A stretch of DNA of 23,341 bases from Amoeboradix gromovi X-113 (lineage: Eukaryota > Fungi > Sanchytriomycota), in contig JADGIF010000074.1 in the NCBI GenBank assembly GCA_018985225.1, positions 1 through 23,341 of the forward strand, given 5' to 3'. The position numbers were made by a program, and so were the translations under genes. The stretch's first letter is position 1, and each line of letters begins with the position of its first letter. The notes under the pieces are model-generated. The model saw nothing but the letters and a program-made list of their open reading frames with translations. It was not told the DNA's origin and did not search any database. Of this stretch, positions 9,668-18,125 are shown piece by piece.

Positions 9668-11098
9668 CTATAGTTGACATATTGGGTTTCTTTGAATCAT
9701 CTCAATTGCCTGCTTATGTCCAACCAATTCTCTGATGTTGGAACATTTGTATTTGATCATAGCGGGTCTTTCCAGTGACAGTCCCCACGCGATGACACGT
9801 ACATTCTCAGGCAATCCTAATGGCAGCAACATTTCAGGTCTAAACATACCGCTATTCCCTACTTCCACCCAAGTCTTCAATCCTTCATGCCATGTAAATA
9901 TCTCCATGCTAGGTTCCGTATAAGGATTATATGTAGGTTTGAATCTTAAAGGACTAACACCCAACTTTTCAAAGAACATTTCCATGAACTTGATTAAATG
10001 GCCCAGAGATAAGTCGTAATCTACTATTACACCCTCTACTTGATGAAATTCGCATAAATGAGTGGCGTCAGGTGTCTCATTCCTATAAACACGATCAATG
10101 CTAAACAGTTTAGCGGGTCTGAAGTCTCTCGCAAGTCTGTGCAACATCTGCACAGAAACCGCAGTAGTATGTGTCCTTAACAATAACTTCTCGGCTTCGT
10201 TCCTTTTCCAATCATACCCATAGCCTAAACTGCCATAATCCCCAATGGAATGGACTTTCTTAACTTTTGCAACTAAATCATCAGGCAGATCAGAGCTTAC
10301 TTGTGGAGAGCGCAAAAAGAATGTGTCATGCATATCACGGGCAGGGTGCTGCTGTGCCTGAAATAAAGTATCAAAATTCCAAAAAGAAGACTCGACATAA
10401 TTAGAAGTTGGCATTTCTTCAAATCCCAACTCAAAAAAGATATTTCTGAACTCCTCCCTCATTTTCAAAAGAGGGTGCAAGTGCCCACTATTAGGAGAGG
10501 CGCCAAGAGCGTTGAAATTGTAGGGCTTAAAGTGCTTTGATCTCCAATTTAGCAACAAATCTACAGTTAAATCAGTTTCCAGCTGCTTGATTTCAGTATC
10601 ATAGCCATTGCTCTTAGTAATTACATAATTGATGACTTTTTCCTGGGCAACCACCTTTCTTTTCTTCAACTTTTTTAAATCATCATCTGAAATAGTAGCA
10701 TTTGCTAAAACCTTGGAACAACTAATGCCAATCTCGTCAGATACTGAATCTTCTATTACAGATAAGACATTTCCATCCAATCTTACCCACTTCGCGGTCA
10801 ATGCCTTCGCTTTGCCTATTTGCAAAACATGTTTTGGTAAGTCAATTGCACCTAACGGTGAACTGCCACCTTTCTCTTTCAGTTTTAAATACAATCGGTA
10901 TTCATGGGATCCAAATTCGGCCATCTCTTTTCCTTCTGAGTTTAGTGACGTTGCCAAATTGTTTTCCGTAGTGTAACTGATGTAATCTCTGCTTCTTAAA
11001 GAGTCAAGTGCGGCTTTAATATCTTTTTGCGAACCATTAATTTTACTAGAATGCAGAACTTGCACATCTTTTAAAGCATTTACAATTACTTGGTCCAT
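9668..11098 (-). CDS. FRS2: Cytosolic phenylalanine-tRNA ligase alpha subunit (476 aa; true start MDQVIVNAL)
   Basis: GHLHPL, FWNFDTLFQAQQHPARDMHDTF, LLRTHTTAVS, DRVYRNE, EFHQVEG, YNPYTEPS, WGLSLERP. The N-terminus from ATG 11098 resembles eukaryotic FRS2/FARSA. The ORF-track extension to 11251 is antisense to CIA1. Confidence 0.97.
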   Translation of the reverse strand: MDQVIVNALKDVQVLHSSKINGSQKDIKAALDSLRSRDYISYTTENNLATSLNSEGKEMAEFGSHEYRLYLKLKEKGGSSPLGAIDLPKHVLQIGKAKALTAKWVRLDGNVLSVIEDSVSDEIGISCSKVLANATISDDDLKKLKKRKVVAQEKVINYVITKSNGYDTEIKQLETDLTVDLLLNWRSKHFKPYNFNALGASPNSGHLHPLLKMREEFRNIFFELGFEEMPTSNYVESSFWNFDTLFQAQQHPARDMHDTFFLRSPQVSSDLPDDLVAKVKKVHSIGDYGSLGYGYDWKRNEAEKLLLRTHTTAVSVQMLHRLARDFRPAKLFSIDRVYRNETPDATHLCEFHQVEGVIVDYDLSLGHLIKFMEMFFEKLGVSPLRFKPTYNPYTEPSMEIFTWHEGLKTWVEVGNSGMFRPEMLLPLGLPENVRVIAWGLSLERPAMIKYKCSNIRELVGHKQAIEMIQRNPICQL

Positions 11099-11121
11099 CT
11101 TGTAATACAAGGAGTTTCCAA

Positions 11122-12021
11122 ATGAAGCCGATTTTGAAAGCACAATACGATTTGAAAGAAAGGCTATGGGATTGCAAGTGGCACCCAGACAAAAAAATAA
11201 TAGCTTGCTGTGGCAAAAAAATACACCTAATAGACTCAGACGAAGAAACAAAGATTGGAGAGCACGAAAAAACTATTCGCAAAATTGCATGGAACGGTGA
11301 TGTTTTGGGGGCTGCTTCTTTTGACTCTACCGTGTCCTTGACTAATATAAAGACTAATGAGTCTATATCATTAGAAGGACATGAAAATGAGGCAAAAGGA
11401 ATTTCGTTTTCAGTTGACGGGACCATGGTTGCCACTTGTAGTAGAGATAAATCTGTATGGATTTGGGAAATACTTGACTGCAAAAACCTTGAAGTTGAAT
11501 GTATGGCGGTTTTGCAGGAACATGATCAAGATGTAAAGCACTGTATTTTTCATCCGTTCGAGGATATTTTAATAAGCTGCAGCTACGATATGAAGATTAA
11601 GCTGTATGTTGTTGACTCTGATGATGACTGGTACTGCCAGGATACATTTGAGGAACACAAGGATACTGTATGGGATTTTCAGTTTAGCGAAAATGGAAGA
11701 TTAGCAATGAGTTGCGATGGAAGTGGATTATGTATACTCTGGCAATACCGTGCTGGTTCCTTGGAATATTTAGACAACATCCAACTACCTCACGCAGCAA
11801 TGAAGATTTGCTGGATGGACGATATCTGTACTGTAGCTGCTGAGCAATTCATTTATTTTATCCGTGTAGATCAAGATATGCTGACGATTGATGATAAACT
11901 AGAGCATCCTCACGGAATATACGATGTCAATAGTATGAGCATACAAAAAAAAGAGGGAGACTACTGGCTTGCCAGCGTAGGCGATGATTGCAAGTTAAAA
12001 ATCTGGCAAATTACTAAATAA
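11122..12021 (+). CDS. CIA1: Cytosolic Fe-S assembly WD40 protein CIA1/CIAO1
   Basis: ASFDSTV, LEGHENEAKGISFS, ATCSRDKSVWIWE, ECMAVLQEHDQDVK, SCSYD...DDDWYC, HGIYDVNS, LASVGDD. Confidence 0.96.
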   Translation: MKPILKAQYDLKERLWDCKWHPDKKIIACCGKKIHLIDSDEETKIGEHEKTIRKIAWNGDVLGAASFDSTVSLTNIKTNESISLEGHENEAKGISFSVDGTMVATCSRDKSVWIWEILDCKNLEVECMAVLQEHDQDVKHCIFHPFEDILISCSYDMKIKLYVVDSDDDWYCQDTFEEHKDTVWDFQFSENGRLAMSCDGSGLCILWQYRAGSLEYLDNIQLPHAAMKICWMDDICTVAAEQFIYFIRVDQDMLTIDDKLEHPHGIYDVNSMSIQKKEGDYWLASVGDDCKLKIWQITK

Positions 12022-12299
12022 ACTCACGAAATATTAATTAAGAAACACGCGTTAGTGCTTTTAATGCTTTAAGAATTTTCTTTGGCCAAAGTTTACTGCA
12101 AAGTTCCTGGATAACTACAAAGTCTTTAAGTTTAGAAATTTTTATAGTACTAGAAGTGCTATCTTGTCAAGTTATTTCGAGTATTTACATTCATTGAATA
12201 TGGAGAGCGCAGGTCAGTTCCGTCTTGAGATTTTCTTGTCTAGATGAATAATACCTGCTTAACAATAGCAGAAGATTTCGTCAATTTGACCTTTGCTCT

Positions 12300-13390
12300 A
12301 ATTGGTAATCGCGTTAGGCAAATAGCTATTGGGACACCAAATATAAAAACTAGACTAACTCACTGAGGTAATGCTATCATTAATAAAAGATCTTCTATTA
12401 TACCAGTTTTCTTTTATTGATTGTATTCCCTCTTCAAAATAATACTAGATATGAGGTCTTTGAGCATCTAAGCAAAAGGTGCATTTTCTTAGACGGTACT
12501 CTTTTCTAGAGTCATTTTGTAATGTTATACTAGCATCATTACTCTTATCTATTCTAGTTTTTACAGAGTAATAGTGATATTTTATTTGAGATAAAGATTT
12601 CCTTTTATACTCGTCAACTCCGCAACTAGCTGAATGTCCACTCGCCTCTTAAATCCATAAATTAATAAAGCTGAAATAATGATTCAAACTTTATCAGAAA
12701 GTTAATCCAGTTTTTATATTTGATGTCCCTATTAATTAGCTTCCTACATTTTAGCATGAATTTCGAACTAGACAACGGTTCAATTTTTTCGCCCAACTTC
12801 ATTATACAGCTATCGAAAAATCACTTCCACCGCATCGCTAATTTATACAGGAATCTGGATGCTCCGAAGCCATTCCAAAGCCAAATTAGATCGCTGAGAG
12901 TAGATTATTGTCAGGAAGTCTAAGGTTTACTGAGTACCAGTCTTCAGGAAACCATTTTAGATTCAATATAACTGACAGCTTCATGAACCATCCTTTCGAA
13001 TGTACTACATCTGCTGTCAGAGATTATTTTTCTGATTATAAGACGATAATTCGACATTCTACGGCATTTTCCTTCGACTTGTGGTGTTGTTCCTGAATAG
13101 GCAACTGTTATCATTGGTAACTCTTGCCACTTACTCATTAAACTCTAGCCATCTTTCACTTTCTTAAGTTTGGTCATTTATGTATTTGGGTGTCTGAGAT
13201 ATCTTATTGTTTCTGGATAGCGGCAATCTAAATGGGAAACTTTTAATTGCTGTCAAATGTGTAATTACAACAAATTTTCACCTTTGGGATAACTCGCATA
13301 ATAGCTTTACATAATGTCTTAGCAGTTTCAATACACAAAACATCGACATGGTCCTAAGGCTTACATCATTGATGTTTGTAGGGTTTCTGG
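12300..13390 (-). mobile_element. Heavily decayed Ty3/Gypsy-like pol relic (integrase-like then RNase H-like motifs), interrupted by TIR element copy 2
   Basis: In order on the minus strand, across frameshifts: HVD (~13350), KFVVI, YPETIR (~13215), WLEFN, TVAYS...PQVEGKCRRM (integrase core-like). Then TIIYS...LALEWLRSIQIP...RW, FEIH (~12760) and, past the insertion, YLPNAIT (~12320), resembling the Gypsy RNase H end TDHxxLxWL...RW...FxIxY..G..N..ADALSR. Confidence 0.5.
12331..12729 (-). mobile_element. Non-autonomous TIR DNA transposon, copy 2 (399 bp, shorter interior) with 4-bp TSD TATT
   Basis: TIRs GGGACACCAAATATAAAAACTAGACTAACT / AGTTAATCCAGTTTTTATATTTGATGTCCC, flanked by TATT (12327-12330) and TATT (12730-12733). 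Inverted relative to copy 1. Confidence 0.92.
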
Positions 13391-13447
13391 TAATTGCGAA
13401 TAATGATGGAACTTAAAAGTTATGTGCAAATTAATCAATTTATTAGC

Positions 13448-16030
13448 TTATATAAACAAATCGCCAGGTGCCAATGTTTCCATTGTAAGTGAAGAATTGT
13501 TTATTTGCTTTTCATCACATAGAAACCATATTGGGTATTCTACCACATGTCCTTTGATCCCATCCAACAATGAAAGTTCTTTTTCCGTAAGTTCTTGCTC
13601 ATGCTTGCCTGCCCGTTGTATATCTTTGTAGCTCTTCATCAGATCATCGGGGTATGGATTAAATACGGTCCTATATATATTGCTATTGGAGTTGGCCCTT
13701 ATTGCCCACAATCCCCATGCTTCTTCACTAGCTGGGTCTACAATACCAGGATCAATCTCGCCTAGATGCTCCTTCCATAAATCCATCCTAAGTTGTTTTA
13801 TAGGGTTGCTAATATGTAGCACAGATTCGAGATAATCAGATGATGTGTACTCACTAAGAACTGCTATTTCACTGTCTCTGTTACCTAGTAAGCTTCTATC
13901 ATTGATATTAGCTGATCCTAATAAGCATCGCCTATCATCGACAATTAGCAGTTTGGAATGAATATAGATCTGTTCATTAGCTGCTATGTTATTTTTCTTT
14001 GCATAATTTCTTAATCCAAATACTCTAAAGTAGACATTCGAATCGATTCCTTCTTTTTGTAGCAACGAATATATACTCGCATCTCCTTTGCTTATTGTAG
14101 AGTATTGGAACTGCAAGATAAACTTTGAAGTGTTCCCTTGGTCTCCACTTAGCTCGCCTGTAAATCCTGGCACAAGTGGAATCAGTAAAAAGACTCTGAA
14201 TTGCGTGCCTTCCTTATATGCCCTTATGATTCGATCTACCAATTCCTTGGCCACAGTGTTTTTTACATACTCGCTAGAACTAGTGTTGCTGACAAAGAAT
14301 TGGTTCTCCATATATATAAAATGTTGCGATTCTCTAATTAATGCAACATAAGCTGCTAATATACTCTTTTCGGTTGGCTGCCCAATACTCCACGGCGATG
14401 CAGATCTGAGTACTTGCGTGGCAACAAAATTTTGTTTTATTATTCTCTTGGAATGTTGATTTGGGGGGATCATGAATGGGACTTCTCTCTTAGTTTTTCC
14501 CAATTTAGCGTGATTCCAATACTGTATAAAGTGATAGCACATGTCTAATACACTTTCTCCTTCTATTCTACTATGCACATCATGCCATGGCATTCTTGGT
14601 TGGTCTCTACTAATGTTATCTACAGACCACTGTGACCTGACTTTAATAAAGTCTTTGATTCTGATGTTGTTGTAGTCTTGTCCTGGTAGATTAATGTTGT
14701 CATCAAACAGTGCATGCTCCTGCCTAGTCCATCTGCCAAGGCAGAGGTCAATTCCACCGACGAATCCAAATAATTCGTCAACAACGACGATCTTTTCGTG
14801 GTGAGACCACATTAAACTTCCTGTTGAAGAGAAGTGATCCGGGTGTCTTTGGACATATATGTTTCGATGTAGTTGATTTAAATATAATTTTGTGTGCTCT
14901 GAATCATTTGGTAGGGCTAAGTTCATTTCTTTGAATACCAGGATGTATATAGACACGTTTCTCTCAGCAGCACGCAGCAATACTCTATCTAGTCTGCTAT
15001 GTTCGTTATCAGCGTACGGCCTCAGCAAATATAATTCAGGCGTTAACCACCAATCTGATATGTATATACTTTTAGTGGCTGATTCTATATGACCAATTAG
15101 AGCCTTGAAGTAGTTGGAGGCATCGATATAGTATGCAACACCACCTTGTCTAATTGGTGCAAATGAACCAAACCTGTGATACTTTCCATAAATGGAGTTG
15201 CTGATTCTATCATATAGAGAACTGGTAAATAACAAGTATTCATGTCTTCCGAGCTTAACACGAACCGTATTGCTGTAGTTTGTGAGCTTTATTTTGTTTT
15301 TTTTGATTTTAGAAGATTTGATATCAATTTTGAAATTTTGATTAAATAGCAAAAGGGCTAGGATGGAAGTAGACCATGGGTTAGAAAATAGGGCAATGCA
15401 GGAGTCGTAGATTACGCCATAAACAGAGTTATAACCGCTCAAGTGAATCGTGTATTTATTGCTTTTCGGAGCCAGATGATGAGCATCAAACTTTAATTCG
15501 ATTGGTTTAGTATCGCAGCAAAAAGAATTAGAGGAAACATTAAGAAATTGCAAGATATCTAGTTCAACGTTAGTAAATGTGAAGTTGGCAACTAGTCTTT
15601 CTAGATAAACCTGGACGTGATGTGATTGAATAGCGGCAGAATCCGAACGATCTAAAGGAAAATCAGGAAGGGAGGGTAGATCTCTTCTTCCAAATTTAAT
15701 TGATTTTAATTCCGCATGGAACCTAAACAAAGCTCCAAATTTCTTTTTCACACTCCACTCAAAATTGCCGTAGGTTAAATAAATTACGAAAAAGTTCAAT
15801 TCTTTTTCAACATGGACAGTCAAGAACGGCGAGATTGATATTGTGTTGCATAGAAATGATGGGCATAACATCGCCATTCTAAACGCCCAAAAATAGTGAT
15901 CATCAGCAACAACATTTTTTTTCAAATAAGCACGCTTGGCAGATTTTTTGAGTTTCGATATTGTCTTCGTAAGTACACTGAATGATACTCCATTTGGAGT
16001 AGGGCTTAATGGAGTGCTCTCCACTTCCAT
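13448..16030 (-). CDS. SPO14: Phospholipase D1 (PX-PH-HKD2 type)
   Basis: Two HKD motifs (WSHHEKIVVVD, IYIHSKLLIVDD), PRMPWHD, IYISDWWLTPELYL, GSANINDRSLLGNRDSE, HRFGSFAPIR, degenerate PX/PH N-terminus. Confidence 0.96.
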   Translation of the reverse strand: MEVESTPLSPTPNGVSFSVLTKTISKLKKSAKRAYLKKNVVADDHYFWAFRMAMLCPSFLCNTISISPFLTVHVEKELNFFVIYLTYGNFEWSVKKKFGALFRFHAELKSIKFGRRDLPSLPDFPLDRSDSAAIQSHHVQVYLERLVANFTFTNVELDILQFLNVSSNSFCCDTKPIELKFDAHHLAPKSNKYTIHLSGYNSVYGVIYDSCIALFSNPWSTSILALLLFNQNFKIDIKSSKIKKNKIKLTNYSNTVRVKLGRHEYLLFTSSLYDRISNSIYGKYHRFGSFAPIRQGGVAYYIDASNYFKALIGHIESATKSIYISDWWLTPELYLLRPYADNEHSRLDRVLLRAAERNVSIYILVFKEMNLALPNDSEHTKLYLNQLHRNIYVQRHPDHFSSTGSLMWSHHEKIVVVDELFGFVGGIDLCLGRWTRQEHALFDDNINLPGQDYNNIRIKDFIKVRSQWSVDNISRDQPRMPWHDVHSRIEGESVLDMCYHFIQYWNHAKLGKTKREVPFMIPPNQHSKRIIKQNFVATQVLRSASPWSIGQPTEKSILAAYVALIRESQHFIYMENQFFVSNTSSSEYVKNTVAKELVDRIIRAYKEGTQFRVFLLIPLVPGFTGELSGDQGNTSKFILQFQYSTISKGDASIYSLLQKEGIDSNVYFRVFGLRNYAKKNNIAANEQIYIHSKLLIVDDRRCLLGSANINDRSLLGNRDSEIAVLSEYTSSDYLESVLHISNPIKQLRMDLWKEHLGEIDPGIVDPASEEAWGLWAIRANSNSNIYRTVFNPYPDDLMKSYKDIQRAGKHEQELTEKELSLLDGIKGHVVEYPIWFLCDEKQINNSSLTMETLAPGDLFI

Positions 16031-16062
16031 TGTTAGAAGGGGACTTTAGCTTTGTTGCAGAC

Positions 16063-16400
16063 TTATAGATTAATTCCTGGTGATAATACCGTATTTAAAG
16101 TTGCGATGACTTGCGCGGCCGTATAACCTAAGTCAGCTGTAGTATTTGTTAGCAAATTTGCTGAGCATAAACCATTCATTGTCAACGGGTCTAAATTATT
16201 GATATTAGGGTCACCAAGCAATGGATTATTGGAAATATCACAGTATTGTACATAACTTGTGTCTAGGAAAAGTATGTCTGTAAATAATTGTTATCAATAG
16301 AAAAATTTCCCGGCAAGTATAAATTTACTCTGCCAGATAGCTCATTGTTTGACAAAAAAACTGTGACAACCCACTAGGGCTATGATCAGGATTATTGGCG
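16063..16400 (-). pseudogene. Frameshifted fragment of a leucine-rich-repeat protein gene
   Basis: Stitched frames give PSGLSQF/FLSNNELSGRVNLYLPGNFSIDNNY/TDILFLDTSYVQYCDISNNPLLGDPNINNLDPLTMNGLCSANLLTNT...*. LxxNxLSG and CDxSNNPL are LRR and LRR-cap-like motifs. At least two frameshifts; no start found. Confidence 0.7.
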
Positions 16401-16502
16401 TATCTCTAAAAAGGTTTTTCAAATGGTATTGTATTTACCTAATTCACCTTTTTTGTTGAACTTCACTAAGAGTAACCTAGTTGTTTGGTTGGTCGTATTT
16501 AA

Positions 16503-16509
16503 CCAATCA
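16503..16509 (+). promoter_or_regulatory. Candidate CCAAT box upstream of the CCCH gene
   Basis: AACCAATCAG about 60 bp before ATG 16568. Confidence 0.3.
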
Positions 16510-16567
16510 GAATGATTATTAAATCAAAGCCATTAGCATTTAAACTCTGGCTTATTCTTTGATCTGA

Positions 16568-17155
16568 ATGACTTTTGACTATGATGATTCTTTTAGAAAA
16601 GAGTCCTTAAAAAGAAACCTAGATCGTATTAGAGAAGGGATAGATGATGATGTCAAAATAAAAAAATGGGCAAAAAAAAATGTAGGTGATTCATACGAAA
16701 ACTGTATTTTTAGACTCAGAAAATTCTTGGAGTATTTAGAGAAATCAGAATACGTTGACGAGAGCCAAGTGGAGCGCTGTAAAAGTCTTCAGAAAGAATG
16801 TCATTGGGCGTGTCATGATGATAATAGTTGGGAACAACACTATTCTTTCATAACAAACGATAATCAAGAACAACTCTGTGGTGATTTGGAAGATTTCCTG
16901 AAAGATTGCGGCGTTTACTCCAGTTCTAATAATTGTTATGATGTGAGTGACAAAGACAGTGATATTTCCGACCTTGGGTACAGCTTTTCAAACAAACTGG
17001 TAATGAAAGATGATATTTGTCATTATTTTCAAAAAGGAGAGTGTAAATTTGAAGAGAAATGCAAGTATTTACACATTACCAAACCATGTGTTTATTTTTA
17101 TAATGGAAAATGCAGATATGGTAATCAATGCAAATACTCACACACCGATTTATGA
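16568..17155 (+). CDS. Protein with an unrecognised N-terminal domain and two C-terminal CCCH zinc fingers
   Basis: Two C-x7-C-x5-C-x3-H motifs (CHYFQKGECKFEEKCKYLH, CVYFYNGKCRYGNQCKYSH); intact 195-aa ORF; AATAAA at 17160-17165. Confidence 0.85.
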   Translation: MTFDYDDSFRKESLKRNLDRIREGIDDDVKIKKWAKKNVGDSYENCIFRLRKFLEYLEKSEYVDESQVERCKSLQKECHWACHDDNSWEQHYSFITNDNQEQLCGDLEDFLKDCGVYSSSNNCYDVSDKDSDISDLGYSFSNKLVMKDDICHYFQKGECKFEEKCKYLHITKPCVYFYNGKCRYGNQCKYSHTDL

Positions 17156-17398
17156 ATGAAATAAATACATTACAACAATGAAAGATTTTTGTTATTAATA
17201 AACAAACGTCCTTTAAGTAAAATAGACTCTTCACATTGATTATAATCAAGTCTTGCCACTTTTTCTTGTAGTAAAAAACGAGTGCCTAATCGGTTTGTAG
17301 CCAATAGACATTAATCAATTGAATTTAAAAGTGACCTTGATTCATTAGTTGTGCTATTGTTGTGCCCTTATTACTTTTCGAAAAGAATCGCTAAATTT

Positions 17399-17600
17399 TC
17401 GTTTCTCTTATGCTTTTACGATCTTCACTGAAATCTTTGATTTTTCAAAGATTCAGCGACTTGCTTCTCCTTAAAAGTCCGGATTTCCGAGAAAATCGAG
17501 AATTCTTACAGAGAAACTAGCAGTGCTAGATGCTCCGTTACAGCGATTGCCCAAGTTTGCACTACCCTGAGGCGGGATTGAATAAGGATGCAGATACTTG
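17399..17600 (-). ncRNA. Candidate Fanzor omegaRNA scaffold and guide at the element right end
   Basis: Three consecutive hairpins downstream of RuvC-III (17517-17529, 17465-17515, 17425-17459), ending ...GAAGATCG at 17419. The position matches where TnpB/Fanzor omegaRNAs are encoded. Boundaries are inferred. Confidence 0.55.
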
Positions 17601-17827
17601 ATGCATATGTTCCTTGCTGCCATATGGTCTCTATCTATCTCCAAATGACACTTTGTGCAGGTTCAGGTTTCTAAGTTGGTTTTCTTTAGAGTACCACACC
17701 TTGTACATGTCTGACTAGTAAATGCTTCATTACATTCCACCATCGTCTTTCCTCTTTGCTTACACTTGAACTTCAAGCGTTCCTTGAATAAGTTGTATAG
17801 ACATCTCTTTCCTGGCGTCGAAAGACA
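17471..17827 (-). pseudogene. Fanzor2/TnpB-family RNA-guided nuclease, C-terminal relic
   Basis: One frame: CLSTPGKRCLYNLFKERLKFKCKQRGKTMVECNEAFTSQTCTRCGTLKKTNLET*TCTKCHLEIDRDHMAARNICIKYL... This gives an ExxTS-CxxCG, a second CxxC and RuvC-III DRDxxAARNI. In-frame TGA at 17663-17665; N-terminal part missing. Confidence 0.9.
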
Positions 17828-18125
17828 TCAAATTGCTCCATGCTTGGGCCAGTTCCTCAACGATGATCAGTTTATGCTTTACCTATTACTTATTTCTTTA
17901 GATTCAATTTACCATTTGTGAAAAGAAAGAATATCGAGTATTTGAGCTATTGGAAAAATCTGGACAAGTCATGGTATTGTATAAAAATACATACAAATTC
18001 GCGATAAATAATTTATTCAAGAAATCAATCGAGCAGTTCCATACGTTTGTAATTAACTTGAGGATAAGTGCCAGCCTTGAAGCTAAAGAGAAATTATTTC
18101 TGTTACTAATGTTACATTGTGTTAT

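Noticed and set aside
11099-11251. 51-aa N-terminal extension of FRS2 in the ORF track (looks like a targeting peptide)
   Set aside because: Starts at a non-ATG codon and is mostly the antisense of CIA1; family similarity begins at MDQVIV.
11046-11483. 145-aa minus-strand ORF over the FRS2/CIA1 junction
   Set aside because: Antisense shadow of CIA1 with no recognisable motifs.
17236-17385. Short palindromes TTGATTATAATCAA and CTTTTCGAAAAG
   Set aside because: AT-rich, isolated and without supporting context.
17663-17665. In-frame TGA in the Fanzor relic as recoding (Trp/Sec) or an alternative genetic code
   Set aside because: The gene is also truncated and internally deleted, TGA ends the CCCH gene normally, and the long genes have no internal stops.
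17900-18110. Plus-strand peptide LPFVKRKNIEYLSYWK...SSSSIRL...SLEAK, faintly like a hAT dimerisation domain, overlapping the 83-aa ORF at 17950
   Set aside because: Too degenerate to support by eye; needs a Dimer_Tnp_hAT HMM search. The 83-aa ORF has a non-ATG start and runs antisense into SEN1.
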